A stretch of DNA of 64,000 nucleotides from an uncultured Gammaproteobacteria bacterium (GTDB taxonomy: Bacteria; Patescibacteriota; Patescibacteriia; UBA11705; JABHMO01). Of this stretch, positions 1-9,044 are shown piece by piece. Made by a program: the position numbers and the translations under genes. The DNA lies in contig CAZAKN010000001.1 in NCBI GenBank assembly GCA_964486065.1, positions 157,640-221,639 on the forward strand, in the 5' to 3' direction. Positions within the stretch are counted from its first letter, which is position 1, and each line of letters starts with the position of its first letter. The notes under the pieces were generated by a model. That model worked only from the letters and a program-made list of their open reading frames with translations. It had not been told where the DNA came from and did no database searches.

Positions 1-35
1 CGCTACGCGCGGCCGGTGCTTAGGATTTGTAATAA

Positions 36-78
36 TAAAAAAATGACCCGCTTCATCGCTACGGGTCATTTTTTTATT
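36..78. terminator. Bidirectional rho-independent terminator hairpin (atgacccg...cgggtcat) flanked by A-run and T-run, downstream of rplU
   Basis: 8-bp perfect stem at 43-50 and 62-69, A7 on the left, T7 on the right. Confidence 0.6.
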
Positions 79-393
79 TTAGATTTTGTTGATTTTAACT
101 TTGGTATAATGTTGTCTGTGTCCCAAATTTCTGCGATATCTGGTCTTGGATTTAAACTTGATAACTTGCATCTTGCGACTTCTGCCTTGTTCCATTATTT
201 CGGCTTCCACTTTTTTGTCAGCCAGATAGGGTTGTCCCAATTCCAGATTATCACCTTTTTCATCACTGATAAGCAGAACTTTGTCAAAAGCGAATTTTTC
301 GCCGGGTTCTCCGGAAATTTTTTCAATCTTTAATATTTCGCCTTCTTTAACTTTATATTGTTTTCCACCGGTTTTGATTACAGCTAATTTCAT
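79..393 (-). CDS. rplU: 50S ribosomal protein L21 (start probably MKLAVIKTGGKQYKV; ORF track extends to 423)
   Basis: Translation has the L21 signature AVIKTGGKQYKV and a 104-aa size. Confidence 0.85.
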   Translation of the reverse strand: MKLAVIKTGGKQYKVKEGEILKIEKISGEPGEKFAFDKVLLISDEKGDNLELGQPYLADKKVEAEIMEQGRSRKMQVIKFKSKTRYRRNLGHRQHYTKVKINKI

Positions 394-468
394 ATGTCTT
401 TTTAACGCCAAAATCCGCGTCATGAGTTATTTGTAATGTCAATATAATAAAGCATTGCGCGAGATCTG

Positions 469-1575
469 TCAAGCCGTTTCCTTCTCTTTGACTCTCTTAT
501 ATATATACGCCAAAAGTAACATGAAAATCAATCCTGCCACCATGGCCAAGATAACAAAACTGATGCCGAAATCCTGAATATAATAAGCGACCAAACCGAA
601 AATCATTATGATGGAATACAGGAAAAGAACGGCTTGCTTCACACTCATGCCGGAATCCAGAAGCCGATGATGCAAATGCTTGCGATCCGCGCTTTTGAAC
701 GGCGAATGACCTTCCATCAGCCGACGAATAATCGTCCAGATGAAATCCAAAACCGGAATACTCAGAAGCATCAAAGTAACGCCGACTTTGCTACCGCTGA
801 TAATGGATAAACTGCCAAGCAAAAAGCCGGCCAAAGTACTACCTCCTTCACCAAGAAAAATTCTGGCGGGATTGAAATTAAAAACCAAAAAAGCAATAAA
901 CGCGCCAACAATAATCAAAGCCAAAAGCGCGACATCGTATTGAATAATGTCCGCTTTATTCAAAGCGGTGATAAAGATAAAAAAAGACGCAATAATGGTT
1001 ACTCCGGAAACCAAACCATCCAATCCGTCCAAAAGTTTAGTCGTATACATCATCCCCATCAACCACACGAAGGTGAACAAATCCGCCAAAAGCGTCAATT
1101 GATAAGGAAAACCATGATACCAAAAAGCGGTTATTTTAAAACCGTTCAAATACCAAATCCCTTCACCGAACGGATTGGTAATCCAATCAATTCCCACACC
1201 ACAAACAATTACAGAGATCACCGCCAGAATCGGCCAGATAATTTGCCGACTCGGTTTTAAATCATATTTATCATCCAGAAAACCACCGATAACCAGAAAC
1301 AACCCGCCGATTAAAATCCCAATAATGTTCCGAGCGATTATAGTTCCACCTGTTAAATAATCGCTATAAATCAAGTAATACCCGGTAACCGCGCCAAAAC
1401 TCAAAAAAACACCCAACCCGCCCAAAAGCGGAATCGGTCTTTTGTGAATTTTCCTTTTACCTTTGGGAATATCCAGAATTTCCCATTTCTTGGCAAGCCG
1501 AATAATCGGCGGAGTAAAAATCAAACCGAGTACAAATGTCGCCACCATGGCTATGATAAATATGTCGGCATTCAT
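469..1575 (-). CDS. Glycosyltransferase family 4 polyprenyl-phosphate sugar-1-phosphate transferase (MraY/WecA family)
   Basis: Polytopic membrane protein, LDGLDGL motif, about 10 TM helices, 368 aa. Confidence 0.7.
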   Translation of the reverse strand: MNADIFIIAMVATFVLGLIFTPPIIRLAKKWEILDIPKGKRKIHKRPIPLLGGLGVFLSFGAVTGYYLIYSDYLTGGTIIARNIIGILIGGLFLVIGGFLDDKYDLKPSRQIIWPILAVISVIVCGVGIDWITNPFGEGIWYLNGFKITAFWYHGFPYQLTLLADLFTFVWLMGMMYTTKLLDGLDGLVSGVTIIASFFIFITALNKADIIQYDVALLALIIVGAFIAFLVFNFNPARIFLGEGGSTLAGFLLGSLSIISGSKVGVTLMLLSIPVLDFIWTIIRRLMEGHSPFKSADRKHLHHRLLDSGMSVKQAVLFLYSIIMIFGLVAYYIQDFGISFVILAMVAGLIFMLLLAYIYKRVKEKETA

Positions 1576-1611
1576 ATGAAAATATTTTACTGCAATTTTT
1601 CGCGATTAGCA

Positions 1612-1643
1612 AAAACTCCCCTGTCCATGCGGGGAGTTTTTAA
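1612..1643. terminator. Bidirectional terminator hairpin (ctcccc-tgtccatgc-ggggag) between the MraY-like gene start region and the ClpC-like gene stop
   Basis: 6-bp GC stem with A-run before and T-run after. Confidence 0.55.
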
Positions 1644-1652
1644 ATACTGAAA

Positions 1653-4409
1653 TTATATTTCCGGCGCTTTTTCAATTCTTAATTCCCCGCCCACATCATA
1701 GAAAACTTTATCTCGGCGACTGATATCACCTTTAAGCAAACGATTGGCCAACGCGTCCTCCACTTTTTCTTGGATAACGCGTCTGAGCGGTCTGGCTCCG
1801 AATTTCGGATCAAATCCGACTTCCGCCAACTCGGCCAAAGCCGCGTCGGTTACCGCGAACTCAATCCCTTTTTCGTCCAACCTTTTAACTACTCGACCGA
1901 CCATGAGACGAGCGATTTTTATCACATCCGTTAATGACAAAGGTTTAAACACGATCACGCCGTCAAAACGATTCAAAAATTCCGGCCGATAACTTTCTCT
2001 TAATTCATTTTCCAGAAGATGCGTTTTCACGCTTTCAATGTCCACTCCGGCCTTTATCTGATCTTGGATATAATGCGCGCCGGCATTGGATGTCATGATA
2101 ACGATGGTATTGGTAAAATCAACCGTGCGACCTTGCGCGTCCGTCAGACGACCATCATCCATCAATTGCAAAAAAACATTCAATATATCAGGATGCGCTT
2201 TTTCCACTTCATCAAATAAAAGTAAAGAAAAAGGATTTTTGCGCACTTGTTCGGTTAAAATACCGGGATTATCACCTCTACCGAGCATACGATCCAGAGA
2301 TGATTTTTCTTGATATTCACTCATGTCAATTCTGATCATGGCGTCTTCGCGACCGTAATAAACTTCCGCCACGGTTTTCGCCAATTCAGTCTTACCCACT
2401 CCGGTCGGACCGAGAAAGAGCATGCTGGCGATCGGTCTTTTCCCTTCTCGCAATTCAGCACGTGCGCGCCTGATGGATTTAGCCACCATGTCCACGGCCG
2501 GATCTTGACCGATCATTCTTTCATGAATTTTTTGTTCCAAATGCAAAAGTTTTTCCGTTTCACTTTCAGATACTTCGGTCAAAGGTATATTGGTCATATT
2601 GGAAACCACTTGTGCCACATCATCGGCGCGAACAACTTTATTCTCACCTTTTTCTTTGCGAACCTTGATGGCCGTCGCTTCCAAGATTTCAATGGCCTTG
2701 TCAGGCAAACGGCGATCATGAATATAGCGATCACTGAGTCGCGCCGCTTTCTCAATCGCCCCATAAGAAAAATAAACTTTATTCTGATATTCAATAACCC
2801 CGCTTTTCGCTTCCAAAACCCAAATCGCGTCATTAATTTCCATTTCTTTGATTTGAATCAATTGAAAAGCCGAATCCAAATTGGTATTTTCAATCGCTTT
2901 GCCGTAATCAGTCGGATTGGTGGTGGCGATAATGTGGAATAATCCTTTACGCGCGATATCGGCGAACACTTCCGCCAAATCCAAACTACTATCACCGCCC
3001 GCGGTGATGCCGGTCAAATTATGCAAATCTTCCACCGCCAAAACAATGTTACCCGAACGAATTATTTCATCCGTAACCTGTAAAATCCTTTGTTCGGCCG
3101 TAGCCGCGTCTGCGCCCGCCAGCAAACGAGATACGCTCAAACTAACCAATCTTTTATCTTGTAAAATTTCCGGTACATCTTCTATGGCCATGCGTTGCGC
3201 CAAACCGTGAATGATAGCTGTCTTACCCACGCCCAAAGATCCGTTCAGCAAAACTCCTTCTCGCGAACCTTCCATGATTTGAAAGATTCTTTCCATTTCC
3301 GCGTCGCGTCCGATACAAGGAAACAAACTTCCGTATTTGGCTTTCAAAGTTAAATCTTCACTGATTTTATTAAGTAAAGGCGTGGCTTGCGCTGTCATGG
3401 CTCTATCCAAACCGCTTTTCGGCTTATAGCGAGCTCTACCGCGAAAATGTTGTAAATTACGACGCAATTGTTCTTGTATCCTGATCCATGCCACCACATT
3501 TATAAGCTTTTGATAATCAAAACCCATTTCAATCAAAAGCTCTTCCACATCATCCGTTTCAACTTGCAAATCAATGTCTTGCGGTGAAGCCAAAGCCTGA
3601 ACCGCTTCCACCACGCTCACTTTAGTCAAACTATCTTCATAAGCATTATAATACGCCAGAAGCAAAAGTTTACGCATATTGGCGGAAAGAACCGGCTTAC
3701 CGGAACGACTTAAAATATTTTTCATGAGATAATTGCTGACCTTGGTTTTAAATGCACTAAAATCAATACCAAGCCGACCCAAAATAATCGCCGACTTATC
3801 AAACTCCGGCAACACGCCGAAAAAATGCGCGCGCTTCATTTCATGATGTCCGAAATGTTTGGCTAAACGCCATCCGGTTTCAACCGAACGAAGTGCGTCT
3901 TCAGTAAAAGAATCCGAAATATCCACGGTTTTATTCGCATAATCTTGCCAAACCTCGTTAAAAGTCAATTGTTCATGCCAAACATCCGTATCATCGTATT
4001 TCCGCTTCATCACGAAATTACCCATGGAAATTTCTTTTTCCAAACGATAATACAAATACAAAGCGATTAATAAGGTTATCCAAAAATATAATTTTTCCAC
4101 GCTCGGCGTAAACCAATATTGCAAAGAAAAAAATGTTTCAAAACCGCGATCATAACCGAAATATGCTAACCAAGCAATCCCTGAAACCGCGAAAATCGCC
4201 AAGAGCATATTGTAGACCATTTTAAAACGACGGCTGATTTTCGCAAATCCCAAATTGGCTTCATCATATTGTTTGCCCCAATACAAAATCCTATCGCGCA
4301 ATATCAAGCCAACTCCCGCGCCACGACAATTATCACACACTTCCCCGCCACTCGCGCCCGCGCCATCACAATGTGAGCAAGTTATAAAATTTAAATTTTT
4401 TTTATCCAT
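1653..4409 (-). CDS. clpC: ClpC/ClpB-like AAA+ chaperone ATPase with N-terminal CxxC zinc-finger and two predicted TM helices (membrane-anchored)
   Basis: Two Walker A motifs (GSLGVGKTAI and GPTGVGKTELAK). N-terminus CSHCDGAGASGGEVCDNCRGAG followed by hydrophobic segments. Confidence 0.8.
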   Translation of the reverse strand: MDKKNLNFITCSHCDGAGASGGEVCDNCRGAGVGLILRDRILYWGKQYDEANLGFAKISRRFKMVYNMLLAIFAVSGIAWLAYFGYDRGFETFFSLQYWFTPSVEKLYFWITLLIALYLYYRLEKEISMGNFVMKRKYDDTDVWHEQLTFNEVWQDYANKTVDISDSFTEDALRSVETGWRLAKHFGHHEMKRAHFFGVLPEFDKSAIILGRLGIDFSAFKTKVSNYLMKNILSRSGKPVLSANMRKLLLLAYYNAYEDSLTKVSVVEAVQALASPQDIDLQVETDDVEELLIEMGFDYQKLINVVAWIRIQEQLRRNLQHFRGRARYKPKSGLDRAMTAQATPLLNKISEDLTLKAKYGSLFPCIGRDAEMERIFQIMEGSREGVLLNGSLGVGKTAIIHGLAQRMAIEDVPEILQDKRLVSLSVSRLLAGADAATAEQRILQVTDEIIRSGNIVLAVEDLHNLTGITAGGDSSLDLAEVFADIARKGLFHIIATTNPTDYGKAIENTNLDSAFQLIQIKEMEINDAIWVLEAKSGVIEYQNKVYFSYGAIEKAARLSDRYIHDRRLPDKAIEILEATAIKVRKEKGENKVVRADDVAQVVSNMTNIPLTEVSESETEKLLHLEQKIHERMIGQDPAVDMVAKSIRRARAELREGKRPIASMLFLGPTGVGKTELAKTVAEVYYGREDAMIRIDMSEYQEKSSLDRMLGRGDNPGILTEQVRKNPFSLLLFDEVEKAHPDILNVFLQLMDDGRLTDAQGRTVDFTNTIVIMTSNAGAHYIQDQIKAGVDIESVKTHLLENELRESYRPEFLNRFDGVIVFKPLSLTDVIKIARLMVGRVVKRLDEKGIEFAVTDAALAELAEVGFDPKFGARPLRRVIQEKVEDALANRLLKGDISRRDKVFYDVGGELRIEKAPEI

Positions 4410-4791
4410 AAATAGTTTGTAAAAATCCCGCGTTGATGATTATTTGAAAAATCAAAAAAACTGGCAAAGCCATCCAAAACAAAAAAGCCACTATCGCGAA
4501 TATTACCCAAAACAAAAAAATAAAAAAGCGGAAAAAAATTTGCGCCAATCTAATGAAAAAACTGATCAATCTCCCCTGCCAATCATGTTGACCAAACATG
4601 GGTTTAAACAAATTTTTTACCCAAACCGATAAACCGATCTCTCGGTTTCCCGTGCGGATAGTGTTAATCATATTGGCAAAGGCTTTTTTCACTCCGCCCG
4701 TATACCACCAAATCGGCCAGCGTAGCAAATCAAAAATCACTTCATCTAAAATGAATTTTATTGACCTCAAAGCCAGATTATCATTAACCAT
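4402..4791 (-). CDS. Hypothetical small membrane protein
   Basis: 129-aa ORF with C-terminal hydrophobic helices. 4-nt overlap with the clpC start. Confidence 0.35.
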   Translation of the reverse strand: MVNDNLALRSIKFILDEVIFDLLRWPIWWYTGGVKKAFANMINTIRTGNREIGLSVWVKNLFKPMFGQHDWQGRLISFFIRLAQIFFRFFIFLFWVIFAIVAFLFWMALPVFLIFQIIINAGFLQTIYG

Positions 4792-4907
4792 AAATTTTTT
4801 TCTTAAATATGCTGTTTGGTTTTTTCAATTATACCATTTTTTACACATATAAAAAAGAATTTAATCAACAAATCCACATTTAAAAAAAAATAAAACACCG
4901 GGACACA

Positions 4908-4930
4908 TGATGTGTCCCGGCTGAAAACGT
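4908..4930 (-). terminator. Rho-independent terminator downstream of uvrD (ccgggacacat/atgtgtcccgg hairpin + T-run on minus strand)
   Basis: 11-nt inverted repeat preceded on plus strand by A-run. Confidence 0.55.
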
Positions 4931-4939
4931 GGGCAGCTG

Positions 4940-5095
4940 CACTTTTGGAATTCAAAGGGGAAATGAATTCCGTGTTTTTCCAGATGACAAGTATTAGCTC
5001 TTTCAACAGGCGGGAAATTTGTTAAGGTGGGGATGATAGGAATCTTGCTCGTTTTTGCTCATCGCTTTTCTTTCCGGTAGGACAGCTGCCTTGGC
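4940..5095. ncRNA. Candidate structured RNA element in the intergenic region (end-pairing ggcagctgc/gcagctgcc, internal 8-bp hairpin ggaattca..tgaattcc followed by T-run)
   Basis: Complementary ends about 140 nt apart, internal perfect hairpin at 4961-4985, no ORF. Confidence 0.2.
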
Positions 5096-5124
5096 ATTAT
5101 ACTGAATTAAAAATTTTTTGCAAG

Positions 5125-7101
5125 CTAATCATAGTAAATAACTTTTTCTTCATCATCGTAAAAATCTTGTTGATCATTATCAAAATATGAATTACTGCGT
5201 TCCACGGTAAATTTACTTTGATCAATTTCCCGCAAAAACATGGACGGCTCGGAACGCATTTCTCCGTATTTATAACTGAAACTTTTTACCGGATAATACA
5301 TATTCAATTCGTCTTTGGCTCGCGTAACCGCCACATAAAACAAACGCCTTTCCTCTTCCAAGTCTTTGGTATTTTCCATACAGCGTTGATGCGGGAAATG
5401 CCCATCGCGCAAACCGATGATAAAAACATACGGCCATTCCAATCCTTTGGCTTGATGGATGGTGGACAAAACCACGGCATTTTGACTACCACTTTCCGCG
5501 CGATCAAAATTTTCACTCAGCGCCACATCCGCCAAAAGCTCATCCAAGCTTTGATATTTGGACGCGAAATCAGCGAACTGTCGCAGATCATCTAAACGAT
5601 CTTTGTAATTTTCATACGAATTTCTCAAATATTCACTATATCCCGCTTCAATAATCAAATCCACGGCTTCCGCCAAATTACCCGTTTTCATTGACGCTAA
5701 ATTTTTCAAAACGAATTTCAATTTATCCATGGACAGCCCGGCTTTGCCTGATAAGCCGTAATCAAACTTGGCCGCTTCGTGCAAATCTTTCAACTCGGCA
5801 ATCATTTTCCAAATCTTCATGGCACCTTTCAAACCGATCCCCTCTTGCTTTAATAAAACTCTTTGCCAAGCCAATTCATCTCGCAAATTGGCCATGATTT
5901 TCAAATACGCGGTCAAATCTTTGATATGCGCTTGTTCAAAATATCTCATGCCACCGCGGATTATATAAGGAATATTATTTTTACTAAGCTCCAATTGCAA
6001 TGAAGCTGATTGGAAATTGGCGCGATACAGAACCGCCATGTCTCCATAATTCGCGCCTGAACGATATAATTCCATGACGCGTTTTAAAACTTTTACGGTT
6101 TGTCCGTTTTCATCTCTGGCCGGGATTAAACCGGGCAAAAGACTACTCGGCCTTTCCGCTGATAAATCTTTTTGATATTGATTAAGATTTTTTTTAATTA
6201 TTTCATTGGCCAAATCCAGAATCTGAGGCGTGCTGCGATAATTTTTTTCTATTTTGAAAATTTTGGCTTGAGGAAAAAGATTTGGGAAGTTTAAAATATT
6301 TCTTACATCAGCAGCGCGAAAAGAATAAATACTTTGCGAATCATCCCCCACCACCAAAACATTTTTATGATGATCGGCCAAAAGCTTGATAATTTCCGCC
6401 TGAATATAATTGGTGTCTTGATATTCGTCCACCAAAACATATTGAAATTTTTTCGCGTAATAATTTTTCACTTCCGGAAAATCTTGCAACAGTTTCAACC
6501 AATTGGTCAGCAAATCATCAAAATCCATACCATTCACTTCCTTTTTCTTGATTTCATATCGCGAAGCGATTTGTTCGGCTTGATTGGCCACGGGCATGGG
6601 ATAACCGTAATGTTCGGTAGCGGTTTCTTGAATTCCCGCATTGGTATTACGCGCGTAGCTAAGCAAACTCAGCACAACACTCGGCTTGGGGAAATTTTTC
6701 CCTTTGGTATCCAGACTCAGCTCGGACATTATGTTTTTAATCATGGAAACACTATCTTCTTGATCCATGATAGTGAAATTATTTTTATAACCGAGTTTTG
6801 GCGCGTGTTGGCGCAAAATCAAATTGGCAATATGATGAAAAGTTCCACCATGCATCCCTCGTGGTTTTTCTCCCAATAAAGATTCCACGCGATCCAGCAT
6901 TTCCTTAGCCGCTTTATTGGTAAAAGTAACCAAAATAATGTTTTGTGGCTCAATTCCTTGTTCAATCAAATAAGCTACACGAAAAACCAAGGTTCTAGTC
7001 TTCCCACTTCCCGCTCCGGCTAAAACCAAGGCCGGACCATCACCTTGAGTAACGACTTTATATTGCTCTAAATTTAGATGTTTTTTATAATCAATCAGCA
7101 T
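5125..7101 (-). CDS. uvrD: ATP-dependent DNA helicase UvrD/PcrA (SF1)
   Basis: Walker A GAGSGKTRTL, UvrD motifs, 658 aa. Confidence 0.9.
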   Translation of the reverse strand: MLIDYKKHLNLEQYKVVTQGDGPALVLAGAGSGKTRTLVFRVAYLIEQGIEPQNIILVTFTNKAAKEMLDRVESLLGEKPRGMHGGTFHHIANLILRQHAPKLGYKNNFTIMDQEDSVSMIKNIMSELSLDTKGKNFPKPSVVLSLLSYARNTNAGIQETATEHYGYPMPVANQAEQIASRYEIKKKEVNGMDFDDLLTNWLKLLQDFPEVKNYYAKKFQYVLVDEYQDTNYIQAEIIKLLADHHKNVLVVGDDSQSIYSFRAADVRNILNFPNLFPQAKIFKIEKNYRSTPQILDLANEIIKKNLNQYQKDLSAERPSSLLPGLIPARDENGQTVKVLKRVMELYRSGANYGDMAVLYRANFQSASLQLELSKNNIPYIIRGGMRYFEQAHIKDLTAYLKIMANLRDELAWQRVLLKQEGIGLKGAMKIWKMIAELKDLHEAAKFDYGLSGKAGLSMDKLKFVLKNLASMKTGNLAEAVDLIIEAGYSEYLRNSYENYKDRLDDLRQFADFASKYQSLDELLADVALSENFDRAESGSQNAVVLSTIHQAKGLEWPYVFIIGLRDGHFPHQRCMENTKDLEEERRLFYVAVTRAKDELNMYYPVKSFSYKYGEMRSEPSMFLREIDQSKFTVERSNSYFDNDQQDFYDDEEKVIYYD

Positions 7102-7214
7102 AAATTTCCTTTATTTTAGCATAAATACATGATTAACAAAACATGTCCAGCCTTGACTTTTTTTAAAAAATATGATACACTTACATATTGTTGTTTGACA
7201 GTCTAACCTTCCGT

Positions 7215-7235
7215 GACGCCGAATTCTTCGGCGCC
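7215..7235 (+). promoter_or_regulatory. Perfect palindrome (a/g)GCGCCGAATTCTTCGGCGCC in the leader of a small ORF, copy 1 of a duplicated ~52-bp leader
   Basis: Leader identical over 7217-7269 and 7681-7733, including RBS aaggag and ATG. Confidence 0.6.
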
Positions 7236-7263
7236 ACTCAACCTTTTGCAAAGGAGCAAAAAG

Positions 7264-7671
7264 ATGAATATGATTTCCAGCGCCAAGACCATCGCGGAAA
7301 CCCTACGGGAGATCCGCGAAAACAAGCACCATGAACTCTCGTTCATGGTGAAAGAAGCGCGAGAGGAGTGGCAAAAGCGTAGTAAATGCTTTGAGCAAAA
7401 GCTCCTCCAAGTCATCGCCGGCAAAAACTCCGATGAGGAGCTTTCCGACGATGATTTGCAGGTAGTATTCTGCGCGCACCTATTTTTAATTGCTATCTCC
7501 CTCCAAAAAGGATGGGCGGAGGAGCTAGAATTTGCATCCCCCAATTTGGAGGATGCCGTGGTGATCTGGCAGATGCTCGAAGCCAAACGAGCCATGGAGG
7601 CTATTGAGCGAGGGGAGATGGAAACCATCACCCTCGAAGAAGCACAAACAAGATGGGGCCTCACCGACTAA
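7264..7671 (+). CDS. Hypothetical acidic helical protein (136 aa), first gene of a GC-rich two-gene islet
   Basis: RBS aaggagcaaaaagATG. Local GC is clearly higher than the flanks. Confidence 0.5.
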   Translation: MNMISSAKTIAETLREIRENKHHELSFMVKEAREEWQKRSKCFEQKLLQVIAGKNSDEELSDDDLQVVFCAHLFLIAISLQKGWAEELEFASPNLEDAVVIWQMLEAKRAMEAIERGEMETITLEEAQTRWGLTD

Positions 7672-7679
7672 CCACCCGT

Positions 7680-7700
7680 GGCGCCGAATTCTTCGGCGCC
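7680..7700 (+). promoter_or_regulatory. Second copy of the palindromic leader GGCGCCGAATTCTTCGGCGCC
   Basis: Exact repeat of the 7215-7269 leader immediately after the stop of the preceding ORF. Confidence 0.6.
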
Positions 7701-7728
7701 ACTCAACCTTTTGCAAAGGAGCAAAAAG

Positions 7729-7905
7729 ATGAATAATAAGGAAAAGGAAAAACAGTACTGCGAGAGGATGGAAACCATCCTCGGTCTGATCGCCGCCGAA
7801 CGCGGATTGCGTAGAGGCGTTTTCACGGAGTTCAACGAACAGGAAGTTCAAAGATTGCGCGCCGAACGGAAAGAAAGGCGCGCCGAACAAACGACCATTC
7901 AATAA
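7729..7905 (+). CDS. Hypothetical small charged protein (59 aa), second gene of the islet
   Basis: Same RBS and leader as upstream gene, followed by terminator. Confidence 0.45.
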   Translation: MNNKEKEKQYCERMETILGLIAAERGLRRGVFTEFNEQEVQRLRAERKERRAEQTTIQ

Positions 7906-7911
7906 AAACAT

Positions 7912-7945
7912 AACCGCCAATCCCACAGGATTGGCGGTTTTCTAT
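7912..7945 (+). terminator. Rho-independent terminator (ccgccaatcc-cac-aggattggcgg + TTTTCTATTT)
   Basis: 10-bp stem, T-rich tail. Confidence 0.7.
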
Positions 7946-7959
7946 TTGATTTAAATATA

Positions 7960-8496
7960 TTATTCCTTCGGCATACTAAACTCACATCCGCAATAATTCT
8001 GTCTATGAAAGCCTTGTTCAGCGCTCAATTCACAAGCTTTCTTATAACCATCATTTTTTCGCCAGATCATATCAATGAATCGCAAGTTATATTTAGTCGC
8101 GATTTGGTGACCGATTTCATTTATTTGTTCAGCGTTTTTCAGTGGACTGATAGTCAGAGTGGTGGCCAAAGCCTCAACTTTCAACTCCTCGGCTTTTAAA
8201 GCGGTTTTATTTAGTCTGTGGGAAAAACAAATCGCGCAACGATCACCACGCTCCGGCACTTGTTCCAACCCCTTAATCTCACTCAGCCACTCTTGCCGAT
8301 CATAATTTTCTTGAAAAAACTTCACTCCCCTAGCTTCGCAGAATTGCTTCATTTCATCTTTGCGCCAATCATGTTCTTTCCGCGGATAAATATTAGGATT
8401 AAAAAAATAAACCGCCACATCATGACCGTCCTCCAATAATTTTTCTAAAACATAAGCGCCACATGGCGCGCAACAATCATGAAGCAATATTTTCAT
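7960..8496 (-). CDS. queH: Epoxyqueuosine reductase QueH (DUF208)
   Basis: N-terminal HDCCAPC motif, CxxC motifs, 178 aa. Confidence 0.8.
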   Translation of the reverse strand: MKILLHDCCAPCGAYVLEKLLEDGHDVAVYFFNPNIYPRKEHDWRKDEMKQFCEARGVKFFQENYDRQEWLSEIKGLEQVPERGDRCAICFSHRLNKTALKAEELKVEALATTLTISPLKNAEQINEIGHQIATKYNLRFIDMIWRKNDGYKKACELSAEQGFHRQNYCGCEFSMPKE

Positions 8497-8600
8497 ATCT
8501 GATTATTATTATGAAAAATTGGTGCTTTTGAAATCGTAATTAAATATTTACTGATATAATATTTTTTAAAACTCAAAAATAAAACATTTAATCCGCTCTT

Positions 8601-9044
8601 CTACTTTCTACGCTTCAACTTTTCAATCAACTCCCGGCCGAGCCAATAATAAATTATCAATAAAATCACCAAGCCGTAAACCAACCATAAAAACCAATTA
8701 TTACTCAAAGACCAAAAGGAAATTTTCATAACCACGCGATCCTTTTCCACATTACCGAATTCATCACGCACCCGCACTTCAACGACATGCTCGCCTTTGT
8801 CAAAATAATACTCCAACTCGGGTTCTTGATATTTTTCCCGTCCATCAATCGTCCATTCATATTCCAATTCCTGATGATCCCGCAAATTATGGACCACCCG
8901 AAATTCATAAGACTGCCAACCGATTTTTTCAAATCGGATATGCGCCTCGGTCAGAGGCGTGGCGAATTCTCTTTCTTCGGCTCGCGATTGACAGCCACTC
9001 GCGACAAGCAAGCAAAGCAATATTATTTTGATGGCTTTATTCAT
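8601..9044 (-). CDS. Hypothetical lipoprotein/surface protein with PKD-like beta domain and C-terminal TM anchor plus basic tail
   Basis: Signal peptide with LVASGC lipobox, EWTIDG..VEVRVRDEFGNV, C-terminal hydrophobic helix + KLKRRK. Confidence 0.45.
   Translation of the reverse strand: MNKAIKIILLCLLVASGCQSRAEEREFATPLTEAHIRFEKIGWQSYEFRVVHNLRDHQELEYEWTIDGREKYQEPELEYYFDKGEHVVEVRVRDEFGNVEKDRVVMKISFWSLSNNWFLWLVYGLVILLIIYYWLGRELIEKLKRRK

Noticed and set aside
16-333. 105-aa plus-strand ORF
   Set aside because: Entirely antisense to rplU. Low-complexity translation.
7203-7664. 153-aa minus-strand ORF antisense to the islet gene
   Set aside because: Mirror ORF of the better-supported plus-strand gene, which has RBS and terminator
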